Notes under the pieces: generated by a model
Seen by the model: the letters and a program-made list of their open reading frames with translations, nothing else
The model's database searches: none
What the model was told of the DNA's origin: nothing
Position numbers and translations under genes: made by a program
DNA from: Pocillopora damicornis
Lineage: Eukaryota
DNA: 64,000 nucleotides
Direction: 5' to 3'
Assembly: GCF_003704095.1 (NCBI RefSeq)
Contig: NW_020847372.1
Coordinates: 372,001-436,000, forward strand
Part shown: positions 51,666 through 64,000 of the stretch, one piece after another
Layout of the letters: every line of letters starts with the position of its first letter
Numbering within the stretch: position 1 is the stretch's first letter

Positions 51666-53092
51666 AGCCTACCTACCTACCTACCCCCAGTTGGGTTCGT
51701 ATGTTTCTCTTACCCTATTTGTTCCTCACAAATTCATTGATTCTCAATTAGCCCAGTGCTGCATAAGATAATGATACTTGAATTTCATCATTTCGTTGAC
51801 ATAATTACGTTCCTTTATTCTCATATGCACAAAATTGATAAACTTCAATACCAATTGAAAATGATATTCAATTCCTCGAAAACTGACGGCCAGTATGCAT
51901 GATGTGGTTCTGTTTCAACCTCACCACCAGACGTAAAGATTTTAATGATGTTGCTTGGGGTATGAGCTCATATCTAAAAACTATCTTTTTTAATTTGCTG
52001 GATTCACACTTTGAAAAATTAAGCCTTGCGTCTCTCTCTTTTCGGCTCGCTCAACGCAACGCGACTGAATGATAATCAATAAAGGTGGATGTTCAGTTTG
52101 ATGAAGAAATTAAAAAGGAGTTAGAAATATTTTTGTAATGCGGTACAATAATCTGGATTTCTTTGTCGAAAATAAATCCATATTTCAAGGGGAAAAAAGG
52201 GACATTTTTTCATCCTTGAGGCACACTTTAATCATTAAACCTCGACTTCAAATCCTAAATAAAATCAAACGACTTAAAACTTTTTGCAACGGCTTTTATT
52301 ATCAATGTGTTATTGTGATTATAAAAAATAGTGAAGGGAGTCGACTGTTTTAAGGCAGTTTTTGCTTTTTTCTTAAAACCTCTTCGAGTCGTCTGTGCTG
52401 ATATAATTGGAATCTCTCCCCAAAGAATGAAATCTCTGGGCATAGGCAACATAACCCTACGCTGACTGGACCCTAAAAAAGAATTAAAGACGGATTACAT
52501 TGGTGCATGAGAGAGGAATAGACTAGTTGGTCAAATGTCACATGTGAGGTTACATATTCATACAGTAGCTATTAACACACAATAACGAAAGCAGAAACAC
52601 ACAAGAAAGAAAAGAGGCTTTAGTTTAACACAAAAACTTAATAAACACATTTTTATACAGAAAAAAATCTGTGATCAATTATATGCAGAATTCACGCACA
52701 TCTGCGCCATTGAGTAAAAGTAAAGTTGGTAGGTTGGTAAATAAATAAGTAAATAAGAACATGGATAACAACACCACTAACGATGTGAAAGAAGCTCAAT
52801 CGACCAATTATTAGTTAAGGGTACAAAAAGAGACTGAAAAGCAAGAAGTCAATTTCTTTAATTTTTTTCTTTTTAACAGTAATAAATGTGTTTTAACGTA
52901 AGCATTTGACTTAAAGTAACTTACTCCTGCTTACTTTAGCGCTGATATAAATTTCTTGTGTAGCTTAAAAATTAGTGATTTAAATTTTCATTTGAATTGG
53001 GCAGTTTTCGGAAGCTACGTGTTGACGATAAAAACTATGCTATTTATTGAACAGTAGACTTAAATGACGGCAAAAACATATCAAACAATAAA

Positions 53093-55761
53093 CTAGTTGA
53101 TATTTACCTCCTCGTCCAGTGGGTAAATGACTTCGCTGTTGGAGGGCTCGACACCAGCATACCTTTTCTTTTCTGCTGTGTACGGCGACACACTTCTTGA
53201 TCGTCCTTCGGCCTCTTCTCGACACAAACTGTTTTCTCGAGCATCCCATTCCCTCTTCGGTTGATCCTCGTCTGTTGAATCGACATCTGTTTCGAGATCG
53301 CGAAGATCGTCCGTTGAAGTTGACACAGATATCATGGCAGGTACTTCCGGTGAGGATTTACCTTCCGGTTCTGACGCCCTCTCTGTTTCCGACGTCACAT
53401 CCGTCAGGTTCTCAAAGTTAAAATTTGAATAGTCCAGGTCTGTATGTGCTGGTGAAATCGTCAATTCCCGTGTCGTAATTTCCTGTGATAATCCTCTAGA
53501 TGACGTAATTTCCGATAAACTGAACGAAGTGTAATGCGTCTCACTTTGATTTTTTACTCTTGCAAGGTTCCTGATGTCCGAAGCACTGCATCCGTCTGCA
53601 ATTCGTCGCTCGCGCAATAGCATCAAAGCAGTTTTATGTTCCTCAAGCATGCTCCTTCTCGCTTCGTATTCATATCTCTTCCGCTGAATCTGAAGCTGCG
53701 CTCTAAGTTCATCAAGTTCTCTCTTTAGTGTGGTTGTTTCTTCGCAAGCTTTGATATGAAGCTTTTGCGTTTCAAAAAGTCTCATTTGATAATCTTTTAC
53801 ACTCGACTGGCTCAAATGATTCTCACTTTGCTGTGCCAGGGTCCGGTAGTAAGTTGATGTTTTACTAATGGTTTCTTCAGTTGTTTCTGAAAAAGGTAAA
53901 CGCATGCGTGTTTTAAATAACAATATGCACATTCAAGTGGGTTCGTCCATATTTAAGGCCAATCAGAACAAAGCAGTATCTGATTGGTTGCGAAGATGGC
54001 GCAAGGTTTTGTGGACCAGTCATAGATATTATAGGTAAACAATTCTATTCCAAATTACTTTCAACACTCACTTGAAACTGCTCTGATGTTACGACACTAA
54101 AGAGAGGTTTGCTTTGATTTTAATATTGAATGACTCCCTTACAAATTGATTGATACCTGTCTTTCACAGCTAATGTGGCAGTGCAATCATTACCTGCATT
54201 ACTATTACCTCAGTGCGCCCCTTACGTTCTAGGGACCCTATGTACCAGGAGATATTCCCAAGTATGTGCGGCGTTGGGGCGAACTTTGCTAAGGTATTCA
54301 ACGCGCTACACAGAAAATCGGAAAAGTTGATATTTATATTTCGTACTTTGTTGGGACTTAAATAACAAAATATTCAAATTATGAAAAACCTCAGCAAATA
54401 GCGCTGACGGTCTTCATATTGCTCTGTCTAACTGTTGGCCTGTGCTTACAATTCAGACCAAACCAGCCCCTTGTGATACATACGTTTTTTCGGAAACTAC
54501 TTGAACTCGATCTGAGAAAATCATGCTCAGCGGCCCTTACTTATCAATAGGAATCTGGCTATTTTTTTCCTCCCAAATCCTCCGTCACTATCTAAGAAAA
54601 AAACAAAGCCTTACCTTTAAGCTCAGTAACTAACTGTTTCGGAACTGGAATTTCTTTGGCAATTATTTTTTTAAGTTGTTGAATTTCGTCATGATATCGT
54701 TTAATAATTGTGTCTTTAGGATCCTCGTTGATCTTGGGTTTGTTCCTGATGTCCTTTGCACGCTTTGCGTATCTGAGAGTACTCAGCGTTTCCTCGTAGT
54801 TGTTCTCTCCCGGACTTATACAAGCCACCATTAACGTTTTAGAGTTTCCTCCCAAGGAATCCTGTAGAAGCCTTGTGAGCTTAGAGTCTCGATAAGGTAC
54901 GTATTTACACTTCCCGTCCACTAAAGCTGATATGACATTCCCTAGCACAGACAGAGACAGGTTTATCTTAGTAGATTCTTTAAATCGTTCACCAGTGCAG
55001 CCAGATTTGCTTTGTCGCTCACTTCCGGCGAGATCAACAAGATTGAGCTTTCCGGTTCTATACACTTCTGTTTCTCTCGGATGTGAACGAAGACACGATT
55101 CTAAATCAACAGTGAAGATGGAATGCGACCGAGAAGAATCAGAATTGAGCGCCGTTGCACCAACTGATCGATGTTTCCCTCCTGACTCAAATATCTCCTG
55201 CATATCTTCATAGCTATCCACAGTAATACTGGACAAACCTTTGACATAAATCCCCTTGTCAGGGTGTTCTTTGATCTCGGGCTTGTATCTGCACTCTTTG
55301 ACAAGTAGATCTCTGATTTCTTCATTGTAGATCTCAAGGTAAGAAACACGCAGTAGATATTTAGGAAGTTCATCAAAGCTGCGTTGCCGAGTAACGCTCA
55401 GAATATGTTCACAGCATCTAGGAATGATACCCTTTTGAGCAGAGGGACTTTCAATACCTTCCATTGTGAAAGTTTTCCCGCACGAGGTTTGACCGTATGC
55501 AAATACTGTACCATTGTATCCATCAAGAACGCCATTTACAATCGGACGAACAATTTCAGAGTATATCATCTCAGTAGAGCTTGAAATCCCATACACTCCA
55601 TCGAAGGTAAATATTTTGGAGGACTTAGAATTGTCCCAGGGTCTTTTAATGCTACACTGCTGCAATGAAGCATTTGTTTCTACGACAAGTCGTGTTTTCA
55701 TTTCTCGCTCTTTTTCATTCAGTGGTCGACAGCGAACAATAACTTTGACACTCTCGCTCAT
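53093..55761 (-). CDS. KIF17: Kinesin-2 family (KIF17/OSM-3-like) motor protein, ~646 aa, 2 coding exons
   Basis: Exons 55761-54615 and 53886-53093 (phase 1, GT-AG). MSESVKVIVRCRP, GQTSCGKT, NSDSSRSH, DLAGSER, VPYRDSKLTRLL, neck linker NKPKINEDPKD; then coiled coil and acidic Ser-rich tail. Subfamily call is tentative. Confidence 0.85.
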
Positions 55762-56273
55762 AATGCGCCACAGGGCGGGAGGGGTAGGGATTTTTTTGAT
55801 CACCGAAGAATTGCTGCAGTTCTGTTCGGAGCTAATATGATCACTTTCCGCGCCAATCCAATCCGTTCACCAGGTTCCATTTTTCCCTTTTTCGTTTAGA
55901 ATTTTTTAATCAAGTACCTGGTTAATAAAATAGAAACAACATATCAGAAAATATTTTTATATTTGAGGAAACAGAGAAAGGATGGTTGAGGGAAAACTGC
56001 TTGAAGAAATTTCAGAAAATTGAAATCTTGGAAGATCAAAGTTTTGATGGGATTCGAATCAGTACCTACGAGAAACTAATGAATAGCTACTTCTAAGAGA
56101 GACACGTTAGAAGTGAAGCAATTTTTTTTTATGAATTTTCCTCTTCATTATCTTACGAATACCCCTCCCTAGACATTGAAAAAAACATCATAGAGGATGA
56201 GATATGTATGGATTCATTTTGCGCATGATCAGAAAGTCACACTATTTGCTACAATTCTCCCGAACGCTTCTTG

Positions 56274-56486
56274 TTAACCTTTTAACTCCCAGAAGTGATG
56301 AACATGTAACTTCTTCCTATGATATTCATTCGTTTTCTAGCAAACGGTTTATGAGAATACTCAAACTAATCAGGAAAAAGTTTTTACCTTGATCTTACAA
56401 CAAATTCTCGTAACTAATTTACAAGGAATCGTGTAGCAGCAAGAGGAGAGAATTAGCAATCAGATCTTGGGAGTTAAAGGGGTCAA
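56274..56486. mobile_element. TTAA-type MITE
   Basis: Close similarity to 38832-39044 over its whole length. Confidence 0.72.
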
Positions 56487-59082
56487 GTCATTAACCTAAC
56501 AGCGTCGTGGTTGATGTCTTGGTGTACCAATCCTGTTCGTTGATTTTCGGATCAGTGCCTTTCCTAGAATAAGCGACTCTACGAATAAGCACCCCACTTA
56601 TAACTCTCGACTTAGAACAGGCTGTAAGAGACGAAAATATTCCCACAACTTCCAAAAACTTAATTCGTGAAATGAAATAAAGAATTCGACACTTTTCTGA
56701 GATTTTGAACTTTCCATTTTACACAACTAATACAAGAACAGCGCACAGTGAACAAGATTCTAATCTTAAAAGTCACATGATTCGATTACGTAATCCGATA
56801 AAAGAAGGGTACAAATCGCGTGCAAAATCCTATTTTCAAAACAAGCGCCTCATCTACATCCGCAGTTTTCATTAACGAATACTGAGACAAAAAAAAAAAT
56901 AAAATAAAAAAAAATTGAACAGCTTGTGCAGTATAGGACCTGCACATTTATGAGTTCAAACTGTGCCGTCACAGTTTTTTGCCTCTTTTTTCCCCACAGT
57001 TCACCGGCACACAATTGTGTTTCTGAGTTGAAAGAAGCTTTAGGATATTAAAATTACTTCTCCAAGAACGAAACGCAATGATCCTAGTTAGGTTTCAAAC
57101 CCGAAAATTTCGATCTTGAGTCCGATATGCTAACTATAAGCCCAACATTTCTCCCAAACTTGAGGCTTAGGTGAAGGCATAAAAAAAAAATCTCAAGTGA
57201 AATGATCCGAAACGCAGGTACCCGCACAAAGAACTAAGAAGATTAAGTAAGAATGGTATCTTTCAAATTTTCCTATAACTGGTTTGATTATCACACTAAT
57301 CTGTGTGTTTCGGAGAGATTTTATGATTGTTTATGTTTTCCTCCAGTTCTCTATAATCCTAGCCTCAAGGTCTTGGTTTGAATGAATTAAAAAAGGAGTG
57401 TCAAACACTTGCTAGTGAATAAACACAAATGATTCAATAATGTTCCTGAAATTAATTGTATTTTGTACTTTACCAACAGGCCAAGTACAATTAAATAATA
57501 GTGAATTTGACAGTTAGCAAGACTAGAGGATGTTAGAGCTTGAAAATGGTGATTTTTAGCTGCTTGCAGATACAAAATTACGAGAACAAAAACTTTTAGC
57601 GAAGTATTTTAGCAGTAGATACTATAGAATATAAACCGCAGCTTTCGTGATGTTTCTCTCGAAGATGTCTCCTGCAGGGCCGTAGTGTAGCAAAACAATA
57701 CAAAATCATAAAACAAAAAGTTTGAAAGTCGTAAGTTATAAAATAAATAACAAAATGATTCAAAATTTGGATGTTGCTTTAAATTTCCAGCAGAGGGGTT
57801 CCCGGTGGTATCGTTTTGCTAATATCAATGGTTCGGTACCGGCCGTATTACACCCGCTGATATTAAGTTCTGTTGTCTTCTTGACACACCAAACTTTACT
57901 TCACGTGTGAAGATCAACGAGTCTGTGTATTTACACTAGAGGCCTTGACAGGAACCTTTGAGCAAAATTTAACTAGTAGAGGCCATAACTGACAAATTCA
58001 TGCCAAAAGGCCCATAAAATGCAGACGATCCTTCCCTGTGTGCTAATGAAAAATAGTGCAAATCGCCTAACGGACAACAGAATAATTAAAACCTACCTAA
58101 ATCTTTGCAGGTTTTGAAACAATCCATAAATTTCAGTCAAGATTTGCCTCGTACAAGGATTTCATCCCTAAAAAAATTGAGAAGGTAGCGGTATTGTGCC
58201 AACGACTCCCCAGGAAGACTCGAGAAATCAAATATTCTAAGAGTCTATGGCCGAGTAAGTCTTGTTGATCTTATCGTTAAATTCCTTGAACACTTAATCA
58301 ACTGAACTCAGTTAGTCAAGTGTAATGTTCTGCAACGCTACACTTGGTTATCAACGGCCGTTGCACAAACAAACAAATAATTCAGGGTAAAATCGACCCA
58401 AATCATCTTCAATTAGTCTCGAAAACCATAACTTTGCTGAAAGTTCGAAACTTTCGGCGAGGAAACCAGAGGATACGTTACTGCGACCTTCAAAGGTTTA
58501 CTTCAAAAGCTTAACAGAATAATTTCTTCAAAAATTTACCTCATCAGCGCTGAATCAAAAAATGATAAGGTCTCGTTTCTGGCTTAAAAAAAAGGCAGGA
58601 ATGAGAAAAAAAATAGTCAAGATCATTTTTATATACAAAGCGGAAGTTAGAATAAACTCTTTCTTCTCAACTGTTTCGAAGTTGTTGGGTTAAATGTCAG
58701 CCAAGTTTGAGGAACCACGCCTTCACAGTTGACCTGTAGGTGACATCAATGATGTAATCTTTTCATGGCTTGTGGCTGGGATGTTTCAGCGATGAGATCT
58801 TCTTGCTACGCTTGCTATGGGCCCCTGAGCACTAAGCTTAGGGGTAATAGTTTAATTTCACCATTTATGGGATTTGGAAGGAAAAACACAATCTTCTGTT
58901 TTGGGAAGCAACAGGCAAAATCGCGCGTTTCTTTTACGAGTGAGAAGTCTTTTCGTTCTACCTCTGCAAACCTCGACACTTTGTAGGGATGTTGACAAAA
59001 AAATCAGCACTTTGAGTGACCTTATCATTTCGTTGTAATACTCTGTGACTAGCGTCACTTGATATTTCGCACCTATTAGTAC

Positions 59083-59290
59083 TTAACTCTCATGAGTGAC
59101 CAAGAAATAATTTCTCCTTACAATACCAATACAATATCAAGGAAACAAGTGATGAGAATAAAGAAAAATGTCAACTAGCGTATAACTAATTGATCCAATA
59201 ACAAATTTTCAGAGCTAAGATAATAAGAATGACCGGGTATAGCAGACAGTAAGGAGAATTACGAATGAGATCTTGGGGTGAAAGGGTTAA
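59083..59290. mobile_element. TTAA-type MITE (related subfamily)
   Basis: Ends GAGATCTTGGGGTGAAAGGGTTAA; body is similar to 62847-63059. Confidence 0.65.
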
Positions 59291-61202
59291 GACGCCGGTA
59301 TGACCCCGTGTAAGATTCGCACTAACACCGCGTCAATTAAGTTTAAGAAGCAAGTATAGCTGAAAACTGTTAAAGAGAAAATAGAACATTATAGATTCGC
59401 TAGACGCAGTGGGAGGTGGTGAAGTCTTCGTAACCCGGTTAAACCATGCGCTAAATCAACAACAGGTCACACCATGCTGCGCTTGATGGAACTGAGTGCT
59501 GAAAACCCTCTGAAGAGCCCCCCTCCCCCCCCCCTCTAGGGAGGGAAGGGGGGGCTTTTCAAGGAGAGACGTATCAAGAAAAGCGGATCAGCTTAGATTA
59601 AACGATTAACAATGACCGTATATGGCTACTTTGGAACAATGGCGGAAACAGCTTCACAGTACACGTGGGATTTTTCAAAATTTCCTATTATCATACGAGC
59701 GGCAGATTTAAACCATCGGCAAAACTGACGATGAGACAAATCCTCCCCGTGGGGGTGATTCTGGTAGATTTTTTAGGATGCAAATAGTCACGGTGGGGTG
59801 GATGGTGGGGCGACTGTAGCTTTCGTGTCTGAAATAAAGAGATGTCACTGTTTTTTCCTTTATATTGCTTAAAACTGGCGAAAGATATATTCAATTAGAG
59901 GCTCACTGTGCGTTGCAAAGGTAATGAGAGCATGTGTGACCTGGTATTAGCGTCCGAAGCCTACCGCGCCGTTGAATCACGTAGAAGACTATCGTCATTT
60001 GCTCGATTGTTTAATGTGCGTGTGTTTAAATTGAGGAGTGGATCAAAAACTATACACGAGCCAAGAGATTATAATCTCGTGAAAAGAGATTTAAAATGCG
60101 AGTAATTATTTTTCTTATAAACAATCGTCTAGATTCATTGAAATCCAGATAGGGAATGTATTGTAGCGTTAGTAATCTTCGATATTAAAAAAAAAGAAAC
60201 TAATACAAGCCTTCCAATGCCAGTCAAGTCAAGCACAATTTGGTATTTCTCTTTATGGAAAAGTCAACTGGACACGATAATGTAATGTGATAAAAATCTC
60301 CACCCTGTTTCTCCACCTATCCCCTGAGACAAGTTCCAATTGATATCTTATTCAGGAGCAATTTTCTTTTCTTTTCGGGGAACATGCTGATGTTCTCTTG
60401 ACTTTGTTTAGTGCTTGGTGCGCTAGTTCTTACATATTTGGCCAACAATCACGCGCAGGTACAGCTGTCCAATCTCAAATCTTTCGTTAAAAAAATAAAA
60501 ACAACAAAAAACAACGGTAATTGGGCGCCAAAGCTATTAGCACATTAATGGTGTGTAAATCAAAGAATTTAATAATTGTGATCGCATTAAGTGGTCATGG
60601 CTCCGTAAGGAGGAAATTCTTAGCAGCCGTCATATTTCATGAGAGCAACGGTGTGGAAGCAACATTTTAAAGAATCTTGTGAATTATGAACACAACCAGG
60701 ATCAAAGTCGTGGAATCTCTTTTAAAAATACTTTTCCCTGTTAAACAATAATTTTGCTGTTTCAAGATAAAAATGAAAAATTGAGAGAAACAAATTGAGC
60801 CAGTGTTTGAATGTAAGAACTAGTAGAAAGAAACTTTACCAGCCTTTACCAAACTAATTGACCGCAACAAAGTTGAGAGAGCTTATTTACTCCAAATTGC
60901 ACTATTAATCATTTCATAATTTGTTAAAAAAACACTTTTAATCTCAATTTCCCGCGCTCAAATTTCACTTCCTGTAGCGCTTGGGATTGGTGAGCGTTCT
61001 CTCAGCCAATGAGCTAGCGGAAAATTGTTTTTGTATAATTTTCAACCAGTAATGTTTCTGTAAATGTGATACAAAATTACTTTTGCCATCATTCCATGAT
61101 TTGTTTGATCATTTTTGGGCAAATACAATTATGAATGCGATAAAAGTTGGAAGTAACCTACAACTTGCCATAACACGTCAGAAGTCTGTCCAAAAAAAAG
61201 AG

Positions 61203-62402
61203 ATGAAATCTGTGGCGTTTGTTGCCGTATTTCTCGTAATTCAAAGAGGTCAGTGAGTATGCCATTTAAGAATTCTCTTTGTTACTAATGAAAAACAATT
61301 TAAAAACTCCTCAATGATTTTTACAACGATCTAGTTGCTTTCAAACTACATAAACAGCTTCGTCGATGTAGCAAGTTCTCTTTTTTTGCTATACTTTGAG
61401 ATACTTTAAACGTAGCTTACGGTTGACAAACTTAGCAAGGTTTTTACACTTGCTGTAATTTGCGAATAATCTGCCAATTTTTTCCTTGTGGTTCAAAGTT
61501 TGAGAATTGATTCAATGTATGATAAAATGTTGGTTATAACTTACCACTCTCTAAAGATTCAACTTTCGCAAACCGAGCACCAGATCAAATAAAAAAACTG
61601 ATGCTTTTAAAAAGCCATTTCCTGCTCTGTTCATCAACTGGTTGTTTAGTAGTCGGTTGCATGCAAATTTTCAGTTGTTATCTCACCATAAGGGCGCATT
61701 GATGATTACATTTAAGAAATTTCATACATCTGAGACATTTCACACCAAAGCACGCGTAGTTCCTTTTCTCCAAGAAATCCTGTGTCATTTACTGAATGAC
61801 AAACATTTTTATTTCATATTTCAATTTCATCCTGTTCCGATGAAGATTCAAACGTGCGATTATGTTCATTTGGTCTTGTATTCAATGAACACGCTTTATA
61901 AACGTTACTGCTTGACTTGATCACACCATTTCAATCATTCGATTTTATGTCGATGTTCTATTAAAATCTTGTTGCTGCAAATGCCTTATGAGCCGTTTTT
62001 TGTCTGTTATTTACAGCCTCTGCCCTCAGATGTTATGACTGCAAGCCTGGCAACAACAGCGCTGCTGGTTCAGCAATCATCTGCAGCAAACCAGTTCAGA
62101 CTGTGGAATGCAGTTCAGACTTTGATTCTTGTTCGATCCTAAAAGTTACTAGTGATGAATTAGACATGTATTACCTCGATTGCTTCTTGAAATCGTTTTG
62201 CAGTGAAGCGCAAAAGAACCTCTGTGAAGTAAGCACTCAAGGTCTCCATGGTGCTAGTTGTGATATGTCATGCTGTGAAACTGATTTGTGCAACAAACCC
62301 AAAGAATCCTCGACCTCAGGTACATTGAGCCGTGTTCCAGCGAGTGCCGCCATATTTGTGATTCTGAGTGTAATAGCAATGGTACTCGTGGACATGATTT
62401 GA
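61203..62402 (+). CDS. Ly6/uPAR (three-finger) GPI-anchored protein, ~143 aa
   Basis: Signal-peptide exon 61203-61248 (MKSVAFVAVFLVIQR) splices in phase 1 to 62017-62402: ALRCYDC...CCETDLCN, Ser-rich linker and hydrophobic C-terminus. Confidence 0.88.
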
Positions 62403-62846
62403 AACATTTTGTTAAATATTAGCTCAAAGAAAAGAATTACTAAAACTACTTGCTAGTGATTGTCGAGTTCGGGTTAGTCAAAACTTATCACAATGATTAA
62501 AGACGCTGCGACTTTCCTTAAGATAAACTATGTAATCATTAGTGAAATGATAGATATAGATTCGAACTCCCTCATTGATTTATGTCTCTATTAAACCTCA
62601 GGCTTTTTAGAAGGAGTTTTCTACTACTTCATTTTAATTTTTCATCCACACTCCTGGAATTTACGTAACGTGAGAAAAACTAGAAAACGGCGCGCCAACT
62701 TCGAATTAAGCTTGAAGGTGTTACTTTAGGTATAGGTGTAATTTTTTACGTTTATTTGGAAAGGTCGAATCGATCGAATTTCTTTCCGCGTTTCACTACC
62801 GTAATTTCTTGAACCGATTACAATAGTAAGGAAGGCGAAGGCCTCG

Positions 62847-63059
62847 TTAGACCTTCAACTTCCACGAGTGACCGAGAAAGAATTCCTCCTACTAATATCA
62901 ATACAATAACAAACAGAAAAGTGATGAGAAGAGAGGAAAAAATATCAATTAGGGGGTTTTTAGTTGATCAAATACCAAATTCTCCAAACCAACATCATAA
63001 AAACTGTATGACAGGCAGTGAGGAGAATTACTCTTGAGATCTGGGAGTTCAAGGTTTAA
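62847..63059. mobile_element. TTAA-type MITE (related subfamily)
   Basis: GAGTGACC...AATATCAATACAAT...GTGATGAGAA...GAGATCTGGGAGTTCAAGGTTTAA, matching the 59083 copy. Confidence 0.65.
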
Positions 63060-64000
63060 TCCTCATCTAGGAAAAATACACATCTTACCAAAGAAAACGC
63101 ATATTACTATCAGCGCTGAAAAATATATTTCTTTATTTAAAATAATATTAACTAGATACACGGAGCACAAAAATTCCTTGATAGGAAAGTTACCCATTTC
63201 CAAACTTAAGGTTTCAAGGCTCCGATAAAGTTTCGGCAAAAACAAGCGGACAGTTTATTTCGGCCATTCGACGAACAAAAAAAAATGAAATTAAAAAAAA
63301 GAAACGCACCATAATTGAAAAAGAAAAAGGAAAATCTACCTGACAACTCAGAAAAATACACATCATGAAAGGAGGTGTGCAAAGATCAACTATTTCCATA
63401 AAAAAAATGGAAGAAACGAAAGCAAAGAATCAGTCGAACCAATAGAATTGGTAGAAGCAATTTGTGAAGACTCTTAAAAAAATTTGCTAACCGCGTTTGA
63501 GTATTTATAGTAATGATAAAACCACAGAGAGACCATACCAAACATGAATAATTAAGAATGAAGGAATCTTCGCTGTTAAATGCTACGATGTTCACTTTGG
63601 ATTTCTTTTCATATTTTGTATAAAACTATATGGGATAATTTGACAGCGAATCTAAGCTTTAAGTAGCATCGACATCTCCTCTTCAGAGCTACATACAATA
63701 TATTGATGTCTCAAAAACAAATCGGATGATCATGAGAATTTAAGTAGAGTAAGTGAACTTTCTCCTTCATTTCATTTGCTTCTTATGCTTCAAGTTCACA
63801 GTTGAACATGCTTAGAGCCAGACTTCGAGCTTTCTCTGAGGGGAAAAAAAAGGAAACAAAATCAGAAATCATTAGATATTATCGCTACTACTTCGCCTAA
63901 CGTGGTACTACGCTTCAGCAAAATGTGAGAAGACACTTCACCCAAGCAAAGGGAAGGGTTTCTCGGCTATAGGAACTGCAACGCCAACAGTGGTGTCACA

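Noticed and set aside
55762-55803. GTG-initiated N-terminal extension of the kinesin ORF
   Set aside because: A eukaryotic gene, and the ATG at 55761 matches the usual kinesin-2 N-terminus.
59517-59560. C-rich/G-rich hairpin as a terminator or functional G-quadruplex
   Set aside because: Low-complexity inverted tract with no supporting context.

Overview
AT-rich, intron-containing animal genomic DNA. Gene content and repeat families suggest a scleractinian coral (inference, possibly Pocilloporidae). I reconstructed six spliced protein-coding genes by hand using GT-AG sites and reading-frame phase. (1) A ~4948-aa RNF213/mysterin-like AAA+ giant (minus strand, one 12.8-kb exon) with intact ATPase motifs, no recognisable RING and a decayed RZ finger. 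(2) Head-to-head with it, a ~343-aa RING-ubiquitin-like-TerD fusion gene whose RING is split by an intron and is invisible in the ORF track. (3) A 10-exon phosphonopyruvate decarboxylase with a mitochondrial-type presequence. (4) A cGAS-like receptor (Mab21/cGLR) with a spliced N-terminal exon encoding two hydrophobic helices. (5) A KIF17-like kinesin-2 with an intronless motor domain. (6) A GPI-anchored Ly6/uPAR three-finger protein. An RNF213 intron carries a truncated Penelope-like retroelement with inverted pLTRs, hammerhead ribozyme motifs and a 12-bp TSD. MITEs and SINEs are scattered throughout. Best candidate for an undescribed system: a putative innate-immune ubiquitination module, i.e. 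a RING-less RNF213-like ATPase paired through a STAT-motif-rich bidirectional promoter with a RING-Ubl-TerD protein, with a membrane-anchored cGLR about 15 kb away. All functional links are inference; no searches were run.
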